From Bdellovibrionales bacterium (GTDB lineage Bacteria > Bdellovibrionota > Bdellovibrionia > Bdellovibrionales > JAUICD01): a stretch of DNA of 64,000 nucleotides. The position numbers were made by a program, and so were the translations under genes. The stretch's first letter is position 1. Every line of letters starts with the position of its first letter. The stretch is from positions 397,013 through 461,012 of the forward strand of contig CBDANC010000015.1 of assembly GCA_965197425.1 (NCBI GenBank), written 5' to 3'. Positions 19,152 through 28,890 of this stretch are shown in pieces. Under the pieces are notes generated by a model. It searched no databases. It saw nothing but the letters and a program-made list of their open reading frames with translations, and had not been told where the DNA came from.

Positions 19152-21107
19152 ATGGGATCAAGTGGAATAAATATAGTGGTGGTAGATCATCAAACTTTTG
19201 GTGAAACACTAGTAAAACATCTAAAGGAGGCAGGGTTTAATGCTGTTTTAACCCGTAAACCTAGTGATGCAATAAGAGAATTTGGTGTTAGATCAGTCCA
19301 TGCATTTATAATTGAGTGTGTGTTACCTGGCTATTCTGGTATAGACCTTGCCAAGAGCCTAAAAGAAACTGGTGCTTCTTCCATACCATTCTACTTCATG
19401 TCTGGATTATTCAAAAGTCAGACCTTCATAAAGAAAACCCTTTCAGATACTGGAGGAGAGGGCTTTTTTGAAAAACCACTAAACTACGAACATATTATTA
19501 CAACTTTAAAAGATAGGTTTAAAATACAACCTGAAGCCAAAGAAAATAATTCAATGGTTAGTTTAATGATGGATGACAATCTAACTGATAGATCTTGTCT
19601 TGAGGTATTGCAAAATACAGATAAAGTTTACGGTTATGATATACCTGCATTGATATCTATTATCTCTCGTACAAATATTATGGGAGTGGCCAGATTTAGT
19701 TCAAAAAGTGATATGGCTAAGGTATATATATCAAAAGGCAATGTTATATCTGTATTGTCAAACGATACAAACTCATACTGGGGTTCTTTGTTACTTGAAA
19801 AAAACCTGATTAACCCAGAAGACCTTCAATTTCACTTATCTAAAAATGATAAAGGTAAAATAGGTACAAGACTTATTGAAGCTAATTTAATTAGCCCACA
19901 CACGGTAGATTTTATTTGTCTTGAACAGGCTCGTATTAGAATTGGTAGAATGATAAAAGATGTTCGTTATTCATTTAACTTTACAAATTTTAACTTATCT
20001 CAAACAGATAGCATGCAACGATGCAATTCTTCTTATATGTCAAATAGATTTATATCTGAATGGGTATACATAAAGACCCCTGTTGAGTTTTTGAGGCAGG
20101 TTTACATTCCGTTTTTGGAATACAAAGTTACAAAATCTTCTAATTATAAAAATAGAAACAACATTTTATCCGTACCATATGTCAGTCACGATACAGAACT
20201 TTTAGATTCTTTATCTGAAAAAGAATATTCTCTTTCAGAATTATTATCTTTCAAAAAGAATCAAGAAATCTACAGACTAGTGCACTTCTTGATTTTAACT
20301 GATGTGATTACTTTTAAACGAAATAACAACCATGAAAATTATCAATCTAGAATTGAAGTTTTAAATAAATTTAAGAAGGATATTGAGAAACAAAACTACT
20401 TTCAAATATTAGGTGTTAATGAGGGTAAAGAATTTGATGAATACTCTCTGAAAAGCTCTTATATTAGTCTTACTAAATCATTTCACCCTGACAAATTAAT
20501 AGACGCTCCTTCAGATTTGAGGGCCATTTCTAATGAAATATTTAACATTATTTCGGAGGCATATAACACATTACTTGATCCTGATAAAAGAGCAAAATAT
20601 GAGTCGGGTATAGAAAGTATTAAAGCTGATATAAAGCTAAGTTTAGATAATTTATTATCAGATGCAAAAGCTCATTTGAAAAACTATCAGGAAACTAAGG
20701 CCTATGACTTATTACAAAAAGCTGTGAAATTACAAAAGCCATCTAGTGAGCTTAGCCTTTATTTATTATGGGCAAGGATAACTAAAAATAAAGATGAGGA
20801 AATTGCACAAAATGATTTAATGGATATTTGGGATACACTAAACCATATTCCTGTGGAAGATAGAAACACCGCTTTGTATTATTTTGTTAAGGGGTTATTA
20901 CAGAAAAAAATTGGAGACTACGATCTATCTGAGCTTAATTTTAAAAAGTCAATTTTATTTGACGGCAAATTTATTATTGCAAGAAGTGAGTTGAAAAAGA
21001 CAGAGAAACTGAAAAAGTCTAAATCAATCTCTATGAGACTGGGTAGTGCAAAAAAGCAACTCAAAGATATGTTTTTCAACAAAGATAAACAAAAGAAAGC
21101 CAGTTAG
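19152..21107 (+). CDS. Receiver-like / DUF4388-like / DnaJ / TPR multidomain protein
   Basis: N-terminal REC fold (LPGYSG.DLA, EKP); central G.LL...LI...G.RL segment; J-domain NYFQILGV...FHPDK...AYNTL.D..KR..Y; C-terminal TPRs. Confidence 0.8.
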   Translation: MGSSGINIVVVDHQTFGETLVKHLKEAGFNAVLTRKPSDAIREFGVRSVHAFIIECVLPGYSGIDLAKSLKETGASSIPFYFMSGLFKSQTFIKKTLSDTGGEGFFEKPLNYEHIITTLKDRFKIQPEAKENNSMVSLMMDDNLTDRSCLEVLQNTDKVYGYDIPALISIISRTNIMGVARFSSKSDMAKVYISKGNVISVLSNDTNSYWGSLLLEKNLINPEDLQFHLSKNDKGKIGTRLIEANLISPHTVDFICLEQARIRIGRMIKDVRYSFNFTNFNLSQTDSMQRCNSSYMSNRFISEWVYIKTPVEFLRQVYIPFLEYKVTKSSNYKNRNNILSVPYVSHDTELLDSLSEKEYSLSELLSFKKNQEIYRLVHFLILTDVITFKRNNNHENYQSRIEVLNKFKKDIEKQNYFQILGVNEGKEFDEYSLKSSYISLTKSFHPDKLIDAPSDLRAISNEIFNIISEAYNTLLDPDKRAKYESGIESIKADIKLSLDNLLSDAKAHLKNYQETKAYDLLQKAVKLQKPSSELSLYLLWARITKNKDEEIAQNDLMDIWDTLNHIPVEDRNTALYYFVKGLLQKKIGDYDLSELNFKKSILFDGKFIIARSELKKTEKLKKSKSISMRLGSAKKQLKDMFFNKDKQKKAS

Positions 21108-21250
21108 TTGATCAATTAGTCGGGCAATCAGGCAGTCGGGCAATCAGGCAAACAGGCACACCGGCACACCGGCAATCCGGGATCTGGTGAATTGATTAAA
21201 TTTTCTAAAAAAATTTCCTCCCATCAAAGATGGTAAGGAGGAAATTTTTT

Positions 21251-21544
21251 ATGAGAAAATTTAGAACTTATCAGTTAGCGGTTCAATTCTATAATAATTC
21301 TAAGAATTTATACTTAAAAGAACCACTAAAGAATCAATTTCAAAGAGCTACCCTAAGCATTGTACTCAATTTAGCAGAGGGAAGTGCCAAACCTACAACA
21401 AAAGATAGAAGAAAGTTCTACAGAACCAGTTTGGGCTCGCTTAGAGAAACACAAGCTATACTGGATCTCATAGATCATAAAAAGCTAATAAATGAAGCCA
21501 ATATACTAGGAGGATATCTTTACAAACTGTGTAAGAATACATAA
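21251..21544 (+). CDS. Four helix bundle protein (paralog 3)
   Basis: ATG at 21251 after AGGAGG gives 97 aa, highly similar to copies 1 and 2. Confidence 0.88.
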   Translation: MRKFRTYQLAVQFYNNSKNLYLKEPLKNQFQRATLSIVLNLAEGSAKPTTKDRRKFYRTSLGSLRETQAILDLIDHKKLINEANILGGYLYKLCKNT

Positions 21545-21561
21545 ATCGGGCAGTCGGGCAA

Positions 21562-21603
21562 AAGTTAGGAGCATACCTTTACAAACTATATAGGAATACC
21601 TGA
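21562..21603 (+). pseudogene. Orphan 3'-end fragment of another four-helix-bundle gene
   Basis: Translates as KLGAYLYKLYRNT*, against ILGGYLYKLCKNT* in the intact gene. Confidence 0.75.
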
Positions 21604-21649
21604 ATCTGGTGGCTGATGCAGATCCCAGAGTGCCGGATTGCCTGATAAA

Positions 21650-22255
21650 CTAATCACATATTTGGAATGCTAATCTTGAGACCTGTGTTAACATTTCGTT
21701 TTCTAAATCAGGTGCAGCGGCATACACATATAACTCATGTACACCATCACTTAGGTCATTATATCTGTATTTTACGTAGTCGTAATACCCACTTTCTATC
21801 TGTTCCCTATAATCAGTTACTGTGGAGTGCTGCTCTAGTTTAAACAAATCACAGTCTTCATAAGGACCACTTATTGCAGCACTACAGTATAGAGCAACCT
21901 CTGAAATATCATATCCACTTAGGATCTGTGGCAAATAATCTATGTATATTCTGTCGCTTCTTATCCCTAGCTTAACATCAAGATTATCTCTGCATGGGTT
22001 GCTTACAATTTCTAAACCGTTATCGTCGCTTAAGGCCAGGTCTAAAACAGGGAGAGTTTCATATGATTGTGAGGATAAAAAACCAGCTCCTACTAAATCT
22101 TTGGTTTTAAATCCAGCACAGTTCTGGTACCCAACAACCAAAGTAAGGCATAAAGCTACAACCGTAGCGGCACCAACTTTTCTAGCACCACCAGAGCTAG
22201 AACCTTCATCTTCCTTCTCAGCTTCCAAGATTATAGTTTTTTCTTGATCGTACAT
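21650..22255 (-). CDS. YQNC-signal lipoprotein, paralog family
   Basis: Hydrophobic stretch + GYQNC; shares I.SD.IY.DY, LYC, Y.Y..L...V.E..V.A and FQICD with the neighbouring gene. Confidence 0.75.
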   Translation of the reverse strand: MYDQEKTIILEAEKEDEGSSSGGARKVGAATVVALCLTLVVGYQNCAGFKTKDLVGAGFLSSQSYETLPVLDLALSDDNGLEIVSNPCRDNLDVKLGIRSDRIYIDYLPQILSGYDISEVALYCSAAISGPYEDCDLFKLEQHSTVTDYREQIESGYYDYVKYRYNDLSDGVHELYVYAAAPDLENEMLTQVSRLAFQICD

Positions 22256-22263
22256 AGCACCCC

Positions 22264-22857
22264 CTAGTCACATATCTGAAATTGGACTTTGGTAACTTCT
22301 GTGAGCATCGTATCGTCCATACCTGCAAAAACATCGAACTCATATACTGCGTTTTCTAGATTTGTGTACTTATACCTGATAAAGTTTGAGTCTTCTGACT
22401 CATCCCTCCCATACTGAATATAATTACTTACACTTGCTTGGTTTTGCAAATAAAAATCCTCACATCTTGCATATTCATCCATACTTTTGGCCAGCTTACA
22501 ATAAAGCTCCACATCATTTAAGTTATCAACTTCTAAGTTATCAATGATATAATCAACATAGATTTCATCAGATTGAATACCTGGTACACTGTGACCGCTA
22601 CTACAGTAATTTTTTTTGATTCTATTCATATCTCGATCGTCATCAAAGTATACTGTGGTAATTGCATAGTCTAGACTTGGCAGAGAAGATTTAGATGAAA
22701 AAGCCAGCTCACCCGTATCTTGTACTTTCATAGAAGCACAGTTTTGATAACTCATAACAACGGCTAGTCCCAAAGCACAAAAGATAATGATAGACTTTCG
22801 TTTTCTGGTATTCGTTGGTCTATACAGGGAATCAAGGTCTTGGTCTGATTGATTCAT
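22264..22857 (-). CDS. YQNC-signal lipoprotein, paralog family
   Basis: SYQNC lipobox-like signal; tandem paralog of 21650..22255; GGGAGG RBS. Confidence 0.75.
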   Translation of the reverse strand: MNQSDQDLDSLYRPTNTRKRKSIIIFCALGLAVVMSYQNCASMKVQDTGELAFSSKSSLPSLDYAITTVYFDDDRDMNRIKKNYCSSGHSVPGIQSDEIYVDYIIDNLEVDNLNDVELYCKLAKSMDEYARCEDFYLQNQASVSNYIQYGRDESEDSNFIRYKYTNLENAVYEFDVFAGMDDTMLTEVTKVQFQICD

Positions 22858-23026
22858 AATCCTCCCTTACTACAGAGAACTATTCGGTTGTATCATATAC
22901 CAACTTTAGTTTACCAACTTTGGTAATACTTCCGATAGCTACCAGTCTTATTCTAAACTTAAGCCCTTATTAAGTACTATCATGTTTTGTCCGACTTGTC
23001 TTTATAGATGACACATGGGGGTTTAA

Positions 23027-23635
23027 ATGAAGCTACCAAAAAATAGATTATTTAACCTTAAAAAGGCCAATTTGCTATGTTTAAGCTTAGCCGTTTCATT
23101 GTTAACTCTTGGGTGTTCTTCACCTAAAACGCCAGATAGAACTAGTACTGGTATGCCTGGGTTTCCAAATGCCGACTCTAATTTTAATGATTTAATACCT
23201 CCTATGTTTGATGATCCAACGGGTGATTTGGGCAATTATGAGGGGAGCGCATTGAATGTTGTTGTGTTGTATGCTGTAGAATCAAGGGACAGATATTATA
23301 GCCAAAGTAGCTCAGATTGTTTTAAAAGTGGTGATGTTGCTATCCGATTTCCCGAACAAACTATCGGAGGTCAAAAGGTAATCGATTGGGATTTAACCTG
23401 TAGCTCTGATGTGAATCCTTCTGAGGATTCCTTTGTTGACTGTTCTGAACTGGTTTTAGGTGGAAAAAGGCCTTCTGAAATTGGAATAGATAAAGCAAAC
23501 GGTACTGTAACCTACATATACAAAAACCTGCCAGATGAAGTATATGGTTTTACTTCTCGTACCCGGGACCCTTTAGGTAGGATAACATCTGTTGAAGCAC
23601 CTAAGACATTCGTAGTCTGTGCAGAGTCAACCTAG
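23027..23635 (+). CDS. Lipoprotein, distant member of the same family
   Basis: Lipobox LGC; C..LTC..DC..YIYKNLPDEVY..FVVC mirrors the cysteine and YxYxNL layout of the two upstream paralogs. Confidence 0.7.
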   Translation: MKLPKNRLFNLKKANLLCLSLAVSLLTLGCSSPKTPDRTSTGMPGFPNADSNFNDLIPPMFDDPTGDLGNYEGSALNVVVLYAVESRDRYYSQSSSDCFKSGDVAIRFPEQTIGGQKVIDWDLTCSSDVNPSEDSFVDCSELVLGGKRPSEIGIDKANGTVTYIYKNLPDEVYGFTSRTRDPLGRITSVEAPKTFVVCAEST

Positions 23636-23667
23636 TTATCCTTTAAAACCTTAGAACTTAGTGTGGA

Positions 23668-23760
23668 GGGATCAGCATCGTGTCCAGAGCTGGGGGCAAC
23701 CACTCGGCAAAAAAAAGTAGGCATAACCTCCTTATTTTTTGCCTAGCTTAGAAGACCTTT
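23668..23760 (+). repeat. Intergenic REP-like repeat, module A
   Basis: GGGATCAGCATCGTGTCCAGAGCTGG..GCAACCACTCGGCAAAAAAAAGTAGGCATA.CCTCCTTATTTTTTGCCT...GAAGACCTT, between convergent genes. Confidence 0.9.
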
Positions 23761-23763
23761 GAA

Positions 23764-24846
23764 CTAGTTGTTTAATTCTTCAATTAAATTGCTAACAACT
23801 CTTGCTGTTCGTCTTCCTATTATTCTCTTTTTAGATTGTTCAAGAGCAAATGCTCGCATATCCTCTACACTGTCAAACTCATCTACAATTTCTACTCCAA
23901 GTAAAGTCTCGATGGCATCTTCCAAAGTAACCAAGCCTGTAGTTTGCCCTAATTTGTTTCTTGCAATAAAAATGTGTGATTGCTTTTTGATAAAAAGACT
24001 CATAATCGACCCAACAGACTGTTCATCAGGAACATAGTCAATTTTATTCGAAATATCTCTTAAATACTTTTTGTTTCCCTCGTCTTTTCCATAAATATCT
24101 AAAACTTCATATCTTAAAACCATGCCTGTAATGTTATTAAGATCTTTTTCATAAATCGGTATTCTAGAAAAAGGAATCTGTCCATATTTTTCAACCGTAG
24201 TGTCAATTGACAAATTTTGAGACAGAGCAATTATAACAGATCTAGGTGTCATTATGTCTTTTACATATATACGATTTAGCTTTAGTAGATTTTTTATAAT
24301 ATTTCTCTCTTCGTCCTTAATTGTACCCTCTTCCTGACTAATTTCAGCAGAGGCAATAAGCTCGTCTCTTGTAAATATAGGAGTATTCTTCTTACCAAGA
24401 GCTACCATATCAGAGAGACGTTCTAGTAACCATACCAATGGATACAATAATAAAATCAAGTATTTGATAATAAATGAGGCTGGTGTTGCTATCGTTTTCC
24501 AAAACATAGCACCTATTGTTTTAGGTATTATTTCAGCAAAAACTAAAATAAACATGGTTAACACACCAGATACAACCGCCACCATTTCACTACCATAGAT
24601 ATTAAGAACATGAGCACCTATTATCGATGCACCCAGTGTATTTGCAACTGTGTTTAAAGTAAGTATGGCAGCTAAAGGTTTATCTATTTCACTTTTCAGG
24701 TCGTAAAGTACCTTACCAGATCGCGCATTTCTACTCTGAAGATCTCTTATAAATGAGTCCTGCACAGAGAGCATGGTTGACTCCAAAAGCGAACATACAA
24801 ATGAAATAGCAATTACCAGGAAAAAATATAAGATTAATAAGCTCAA
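23764..24846 (-). CDS. CNNM/DUF21-CBS (hemolysin/CorC family) protein
   Basis: SF.CSLLES, AAILTLNT.AN, EIIPKT, IMTPR, FSRIPIY and GLVTLED.IE.LLG.EIVDE. Confidence 0.92.
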   Translation of the reverse strand: MSLLILYFFLVIAISFVCSLLESTMLSVQDSFIRDLQSRNARSGKVLYDLKSEIDKPLAAILTLNTVANTLGASIIGAHVLNIYGSEMVAVVSGVLTMFILVFAEIIPKTIGAMFWKTIATPASFIIKYLILLLYPLVWLLERLSDMVALGKKNTPIFTRDELIASAEISQEEGTIKDEERNIIKNLLKLNRIYVKDIMTPRSVIIALSQNLSIDTTVEKYGQIPFSRIPIYEKDLNNITGMVLRYEVLDIYGKDEGNKKYLRDISNKIDYVPDEQSVGSIMSLFIKKQSHIFIARNKLGQTTGLVTLEDAIETLLGVEIVDEFDSVEDMRAFALEQSKKRIIGRRTARVVSNLIEELNN

Positions 24847-24849
24847 AAG

Positions 24850-26952
24850 CTACTTGCTCTCCTTAAGTTTTTTTTCATACTCAGTTATCATGGTCTCCTG
24901 CATATTTTTTGGTACGGCTTCATACTCGGCAAACTCCATACTAAACTCTCCCTTACCCTGCGTAAGTGATCTTAAATCTGTCGCGTAACCAAACATCTCT
25001 GTCAAAGGTACTTTCGCCTCAATTGTTATGTAACCATCTACAGTATTTGTACCTGTTATCTTACCACGTCTTTGATTCAGACCACCAATAACTGGTCCTT
25101 GAAACTCCTCTAATGTGGATACCTCTACTTTCATTATAGGCTCTAGTATAGCAGGTTTTGCCTTTTTTATATTCTCTCTTATTGCAGCCATAGCACATAT
25201 CTTAAATGCCATCTCGCTGGAGTCCACGGGGTGAAAACCACCATCATTAATCTCCACTCTAACCCTGATCAGTGGAAATCCTGTCAGAACACCTTTTTCT
25301 AACTGTGCGCTAAATCCTTTGTCACAGGCAGGTATAAACTCTTTTGGTATTACACCGCTTACAATTTTGTTTACAAATTCATAGTTTTGATACTCGCCAC
25401 TTTCTGGATCAACCGAAATAGGTTCCATGTATCCACCAATTTTTGCAAACTGCCCAGCACCACCTGTCTGTTTTTTGTGAATCTGCGTAAAATCTACTTT
25501 TTGTCTTATGGTCTCTCTAAATGCCACCTGAGGCTTACCGGTTATACACTCAACTTTAAATTCTCTTTTCATACGCTCAACATAGACCTCTAAATGTAGC
25601 TCCCCCATACCTGATATGATAGTTTCTCCTGACTCCTCATCTCTATGAACTCTGAACGTTGGGTCTTCCTTCGTAAACTTATTTAGTGCCTTAGAAAAAT
25701 TTGACGAAGCAGATTTATCTTTGGGAGCAAGAGCCAACGAAATAACGGGGTCAGCTACATGCATAGAGGTCATTGCAGCGTTGATTTTACCGTCAGTGAA
25801 TGTATCGCCCGATGCACAGTCAATACCAAACATTGCAATGATATCCCCAGCTTTGGCCTCTGTCACATCCTCCATCTCATCTGAATGCATTCGCACAAGT
25901 CTTGGAACCTTTAATTTTTTTCTATTAGAGGTGTTTACTATGGTGTCACCTTTTTTTACCGTACCTTGATATAATCGCATATAGGTAAGTTGACCATAGC
26001 GGCCATCTTCTAGCTTGAAAGCCAACATAATAAGAGGCTTTTCGTGATCCACCTCAGTGCTAAACTTCTTTTCATTGTCGTCTAAATCTAGTGCTTCGTT
26101 TTTTATATCGTAGGGACTTGGCAAGTAATAGTTTACAGCATCTAAGAGAGCTTGAACTCCTTTGTTTTTAAATGCAGAACCCATAAATACAGGTACAAAC
26201 TTAAGACCTATGACACCACTTCTGATTGCTTTTTTTAACTCATCTGCACTTACCTCTTCTTCCATCAAGTATTTTTCTTCTACCTGAGGGTCAAAGTCAG
26301 CAACTGCTGCCACCAAATCTGCTCTGTACCGTTTTGCCTCCTCTAACATCTCCTGTGGTACATCTGAAACTTCTATTTTTTCTCCATTATCACCAGAAAA
26401 AATGAGCTGTTTCATTTCTACTAAATCAATAACACCTTTATGAGCATCCTCTAAACCAACAGGCAGTTGAGTAAAATATGCATTCAATTTAAGCTTTTCT
26501 CTTAACTGATCCAAAACTCTCTTATGATTAGCCCCAGACCTATCCAACTTGTTTATGAAGGCCAGCCTAGGGACATTATACCGTCTCATCTGCCTGTCCA
26601 CAGTAATGGACTGAGATTGTACACCCTCAACACCAGATAAAACCAATATAGCGCCGTCTAGTACCCTTAGGGCACGTTCCACCTCAACCGTGAAGTCTAC
26701 ATGTCCTGGAGTGTCAATTATGTTTATTGAAGTGTCCTTCCATTTACAAAAAGTTGCAGCAGATTGAATGGTGATTCCTTTTTCTCTTTCAAGTTCCATG
26801 GAATCCATCTTAGCCCCCACACCATCTTTACCCCTAACCTCGTGAATTGCGTGAATTCTACCTGTGTAGAATAAAATTCTCTCAGTCAAAGTGGTTTTAC
26901 CTGAGTCTATGTGGGCAGATATGCCTATATTTCTTAAATTCTTTAAATCCAT
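24850..26952 (-). CDS. fusA: Elongation factor G
   Basis: [36 protein letters not shown] and LEPIMKVEV. Confidence 0.98.
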   Translation of the reverse strand: MDLKNLRNIGISAHIDSGKTTLTERILFYTGRIHAIHEVRGKDGVGAKMDSMELEREKGITIQSAATFCKWKDTSINIIDTPGHVDFTVEVERALRVLDGAILVLSGVEGVQSQSITVDRQMRRYNVPRLAFINKLDRSGANHKRVLDQLREKLKLNAYFTQLPVGLEDAHKGVIDLVEMKQLIFSGDNGEKIEVSDVPQEMLEEAKRYRADLVAAVADFDPQVEEKYLMEEEVSADELKKAIRSGVIGLKFVPVFMGSAFKNKGVQALLDAVNYYLPSPYDIKNEALDLDDNEKKFSTEVDHEKPLIMLAFKLEDGRYGQLTYMRLYQGTVKKGDTIVNTSNRKKLKVPRLVRMHSDEMEDVTEAKAGDIIAMFGIDCASGDTFTDGKINAAMTSMHVADPVISLALAPKDKSASSNFSKALNKFTKEDPTFRVHRDEESGETIISGMGELHLEVYVERMKREFKVECITGKPQVAFRETIRQKVDFTQIHKKQTGGAGQFAKIGGYMEPISVDPESGEYQNYEFVNKIVSGVIPKEFIPACDKGFSAQLEKGVLTGFPLIRVRVEINDGGFHPVDSSEMAFKICAMAAIRENIKKAKPAILEPIMKVEVSTLEEFQGPVIGGLNQRRGKITGTNTVDGYITIEAKVPLTEMFGYATDLRSLTQGKGEFSMEFAEYEAVPKNMQETMITEYEKKLKESK

Positions 26953-27117
26953 AAAGCCTTTGTGAGCTACAAAGTAGTTGTTTTTATACCATCTATTTTT
27001 TTAAACACCAAACATAAACAAAACGGTAGGCTATCGTCTAGTATTTTTTCTCTTTAAACACTTCATAAGACCACTATGGTTGAACAAAAAATCTATGATG
27101 GCTTAAAATGGTGTATC

Positions 27118-28872
27118 ATGAGACTTTTTTTAGGACTTTTCTTAATTGCGGGTGGGATCTCTTATGCACAAGATCCAAATGATATGTCTGGTAATAGGCA
27201 AACGGAGGCTGGAAATCCAGCCGTAGAATGTACCAACTGCCCTCCCGGTGAAACAAGTCAATTGGCTCGGGATACACTTAGAATTTTAGATGAAGATCGC
27301 ACTTGTCCGGAAAGTGTAAAACAAATCAGATTACTTATGGCCTCTACCTATGGCTCTTGTGATGCTATGAATGTTCGACTTACAGAAGATAAGATGCTTG
27401 AACGAGTAAGGGCAATACAGAATGGACAAGGAAATAGAATTGAAAATATAGAAAATAGGGCTTGTAAATACGGTGATGGTGACAACTGTACTGACATATC
27501 AAGTGAAGCAAGATACCAGAATGCAATTAGAAACCATCCTTACAACAGCATTGTTCCTAAATGTGAGCCTCAACCAAAATGTAACATAGCTGGAGAAGAA
27601 AGGCCTTGTCCTGGATTTTTTTTCCTGGGTAATGGTTACCCTGATCGAGGGCCCTATAGTGGAGGAAGAACTATAGATCCAGCAAGTAACAGTTTTTTAA
27701 ATAGAGACATACAAGGAAATGAATTTATAGGTTGGAATTGTTCCGAGTATGTTGCTACAGCAATGAGATTTGCTGGGCTTAACATGAAAAGTTGTGGCGA
27801 GGACAAATGGAGTTGGTGGAATGTACAAAGAATGTCAGCTGTAGCTGACAAGGAGGAAAATTGTTCCTGTATGGATGTGGTAGATCTGTCAGATCCGGAC
27901 GAACAAATTAAACCGGGAGATATATTACTCTATGGTGGACATGCTATGATGATAGAGGCAAGTGATCCTGAATTTATGGGTAAGCTTACTAACCCTACAC
28001 TACAAACCACAGAATGTAGTAGAAACAAGGAGGCCTGTGAGAGAGAAATAAAAACTAAATGTTCTGAAGATAATATCAGACCCAACGATCTAAAATTTAG
28101 TATAAATCATGCATCTGATAGTTTTGGAGGAATTGGTCCATCTAGCATGAGTTATGGAGACTATGAAGGAGTTAGAGGGTACAGCGCGGGGAACTGGCGT
28201 GCAATGGAAACCTTTCAAGTGGTTAAAGGTAGAGTGAGAGACTTGTTTGACCAAACTGGTGAGTTTCAAGATATTTCATCAGATCAAAGAGCTGTGAGCC
28301 GTGTTAGATCTGCCTATTCAATGTGGCTAGAAGGCAAAATGGAAACCTCAGTATTTTTTGAACATTTCTTACAGCAACACACTCAAAGACTCGGGCTGTC
28401 TTACACAGACAGAGAAGCACTTGAAAATATAGATCATACAATAAGAGCTATGGCCATTGTTAGAAAACACAGCCCTTCTAGTGATGCAGAAAAGCAGAGT
28501 CAACAAAGAAAGCTTATTGCCTATTCAATGTGGTTGAGAGGTACAATGGAAGGTGATGTATTTAAATCAGCTTTTCTAGGTGAACAATATAGTAGAGTAG
28601 GAGCAACATGGGGTGGTGTGCGTAAACATCTAAGTTATTTGTGTAAATCCAGATTATGTAGAGAACACAATGTGAATACCAGGGATTGTGCAGAGGCAAC
28701 TGATCTTGCAAATGTAGAACAGTCTGATGAGAATAATAGATTTTTTAAAGTAATAAGACATAACAGTGAAAAAGATGGTTGTGTAGACCCCAATCCACCT
28801 AAACTAAAAAATCCTTGTGGTGATACATGTAACGAAGATGCTACTAAGGGTTGCTTGTTTTCTAGTAGTTAA
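27118..28872 (+). CDS. Secreted Cys-rich protein with a probable NlpC/P60-superfamily (papain-like amidase) core
   Basis: Signal peptide ending SYAQ; GWNCSEYVATAMRFAG ... IKPGDILLYGGHAMMI gives a Cys-His dyad layout. Confidence 0.6.
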   Translation: MRLFLGLFLIAGGISYAQDPNDMSGNRQTEAGNPAVECTNCPPGETSQLARDTLRILDEDRTCPESVKQIRLLMASTYGSCDAMNVRLTEDKMLERVRAIQNGQGNRIENIENRACKYGDGDNCTDISSEARYQNAIRNHPYNSIVPKCEPQPKCNIAGEERPCPGFFFLGNGYPDRGPYSGGRTIDPASNSFLNRDIQGNEFIGWNCSEYVATAMRFAGLNMKSCGEDKWSWWNVQRMSAVADKEENCSCMDVVDLSDPDEQIKPGDILLYGGHAMMIEASDPEFMGKLTNPTLQTTECSRNKEACEREIKTKCSEDNIRPNDLKFSINHASDSFGGIGPSSMSYGDYEGVRGYSAGNWRAMETFQVVKGRVRDLFDQTGEFQDISSDQRAVSRVRSAYSMWLEGKMETSVFFEHFLQQHTQRLGLSYTDREALENIDHTIRAMAIVRKHSPSSDAEKQSQQRKLIAYSMWLRGTMEGDVFKSAFLGEQYSRVGATWGGVRKHLSYLCKSRLCREHNVNTRDCAEATDLANVEQSDENNRFFKVIRHNSEKDGCVDPNPPKLKNPCGDTCNEDATKGCLFSSS

Positions 28873-28890
28873 TATATTAGGATTAATACA

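Larger units (their letters stand above)
21110..21647 (+). mobile_element. Putative four-helix-bundle mini-element, copy 3
   Basis: CGGGCAAT/CAGGCA/CCGGCACA octamer flank; SD hairpin at 21207-21250; the downstream CAGATCCCAGAGTGCCGGATTGCCTGAT is an imperfect inverted copy of the upstream flank. Confidence 0.6.

Noticed and set aside
21502..21603. DGR (Avd-like gene plus an apparent VR/TR pair)
   Set aside because: No reverse transcriptase in the window, and the differences between the gene end and its downstream copy are not confined to adenines (e.g. GGA/GCA, TAT/TAC, CTA/TTA).
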